Below are positions 62,664-64,000 of a DNA stretch of 64,000 bases, piece by piece. The stretch covers positions 434,001 to 498,000 of the forward strand of contig NC_134035.1 of NCBI RefSeq assembly GCF_964204645.1, in the 5' to 3' direction. The DNA comes from Tubulanus polymorphus (lineage: Eukaryota; Animalia; Nemertea). The translations under genes were made by a program, and so were the position numbers. The notes beneath the pieces are model-generated. The model worked only from the letters and a program-made list of their open reading frames with translations, searched no databases and was not told the origin of the DNA. Each line of letters opens with the position of its first letter. Position 1 is the first letter of the stretch.

Positions 62664-64000
62664 GAACCGATACCAACCAAACACTTTCAAAAATAACTTG
62701 AAACCTTATTTAGAAATAATTGCGATTAAGATTTCATCCCCGGCTTTAATTACTCTTGTTAGCTCATGTTTTATTAGTAAAAATGTTCATGTAAGTCCCA
62801 GACGAAGTCTCTTGATATTTCGGCTAAAACATTTACATGGTGTATTGTTTTTATATACTTGTAATCGATTCTAATAAATTAATCGATTTTCAATCGTCAT
62901 TGTAATAATTTTGTTCTTTTTGAATAAATTTCTTTTTAATGTTTCGGATAATTCTATTGATTTTCCTTGTGTAACAATGAGTGAATTGCTAGCTACCTCC
63001 TGAGGGAGAGACTCTCTTTAGTGCCTGCGGACCATGGGGGAGAACATGGGGGAGAACATGGAAGAGGCGTATCTCTTTAACACCCGTATTGCTCGGGTTA
63101 GTTTTACTACCAACAGGTGGCGCTGTATGTAAATTTCACATAAATCAACGACTTTCGGCTATTAGCGGTACTTAAGACCACTTGAAAACATCGTAGTCAA
63201 TTACGGTAGTAGTGAAAATAAAAAGATACAGTACAAAGATACAGTACGGTGTACAGTTAAGGACATGATTCCATAGCACCGATACTAGAGACATTTCATT
63301 CAGACAAGGACTATTAGTTAAACATAATCTTCATGACATTTTCAGCAATTAATGATCTGTTGAATTAATTAGTAATTCGGTCTTTCGGTGGTTCGAGATA
63401 AAATGCCTCGAGATAAAATGTAATATTCATTATCGTGTTTTATTATGAACTATTTTCAGTAAAGCCCATCCTTTCATCAGTCAATCTATTATTGTGCTGT
63501 ATTTCTGTAGAATTTGCAGCGCACGACTTAATTAGACTTAAAAGTGAAATCAGATACTGAACCGACAGAGCGTAACGAACGACTCGCGTGCCGCTTGTCA
63601 AAAGCCAGAATGATTCGCTGAAACGACAAAGCGTAACCGACTGGTTTAACGTGCACTTGGTGGGCTTCCTGGTCGTCCCACTTCGGTGCACACAAATTCA
63701 CTCCTTTGAGGCAATCATGAAATTCAATTTCAGCTTTTAAAGCTCAAAGGAAAATAGCTAAAAGTTTTAGTTATTTCAAAAATGTTTAGCCGGTAAGAAG
63801 GTCAATTTTGACTCGGACACAAGCAAGATTTGGGTGCAGGTAGGTGGCCGTAGGATTTTCAACGCCAATGCGTGAATCAAAATTATCGCTTAAAATACTG
63901 AGCTCTATAAAAAAGCTGCTCAAAGATTCTACGTTTGTTGAACGCTTTTTTATTACTCGCATGCCGCAGAAAGTGTCATATCAACCTCTACCGTCAAGTG

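Overview
AT-rich, repeat-dense eukaryotic (probably invertebrate) genomic DNA. Most of the ORF track is noise from tandem repeats. The main content is a minus-strand gene the ORF track largely misses. Reading GT-AG splice signals by eye gives 39 coding exons between 56598 (ATG) and 30844 (TAG) that join into one stop-free frame of about 709 aa. 32 of the 39 exons are 51 nt or shorter, and internal exons 2-35 are all symmetric phase 0-0. The predicted protein has no obvious signal peptide, looks largely disordered and nuclear (basic clusters, SP/TP sites), and has a possible degenerate KH-like fold and a possible STI1/HDD-like helical module. The gene appears to have grown by duplicating exon-plus-intron cassettes, including a recent 3x 1.7-kb tandem block, and paralogous exons have diverged far more than their flanking introns. 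A scrambled, inverted, pseudogenised copy of its 3' exons lies at about 24.0-26.1 kb. Its introns hold Penelope-like elements (GIY-YIG ORF fragment, inverted arms, TSDs, minimal hammerhead ribozymes) and many MITEs. The left 24 kb is segmental duplication plus satellites. All calls are from manual reading, with no expression or database evidence.
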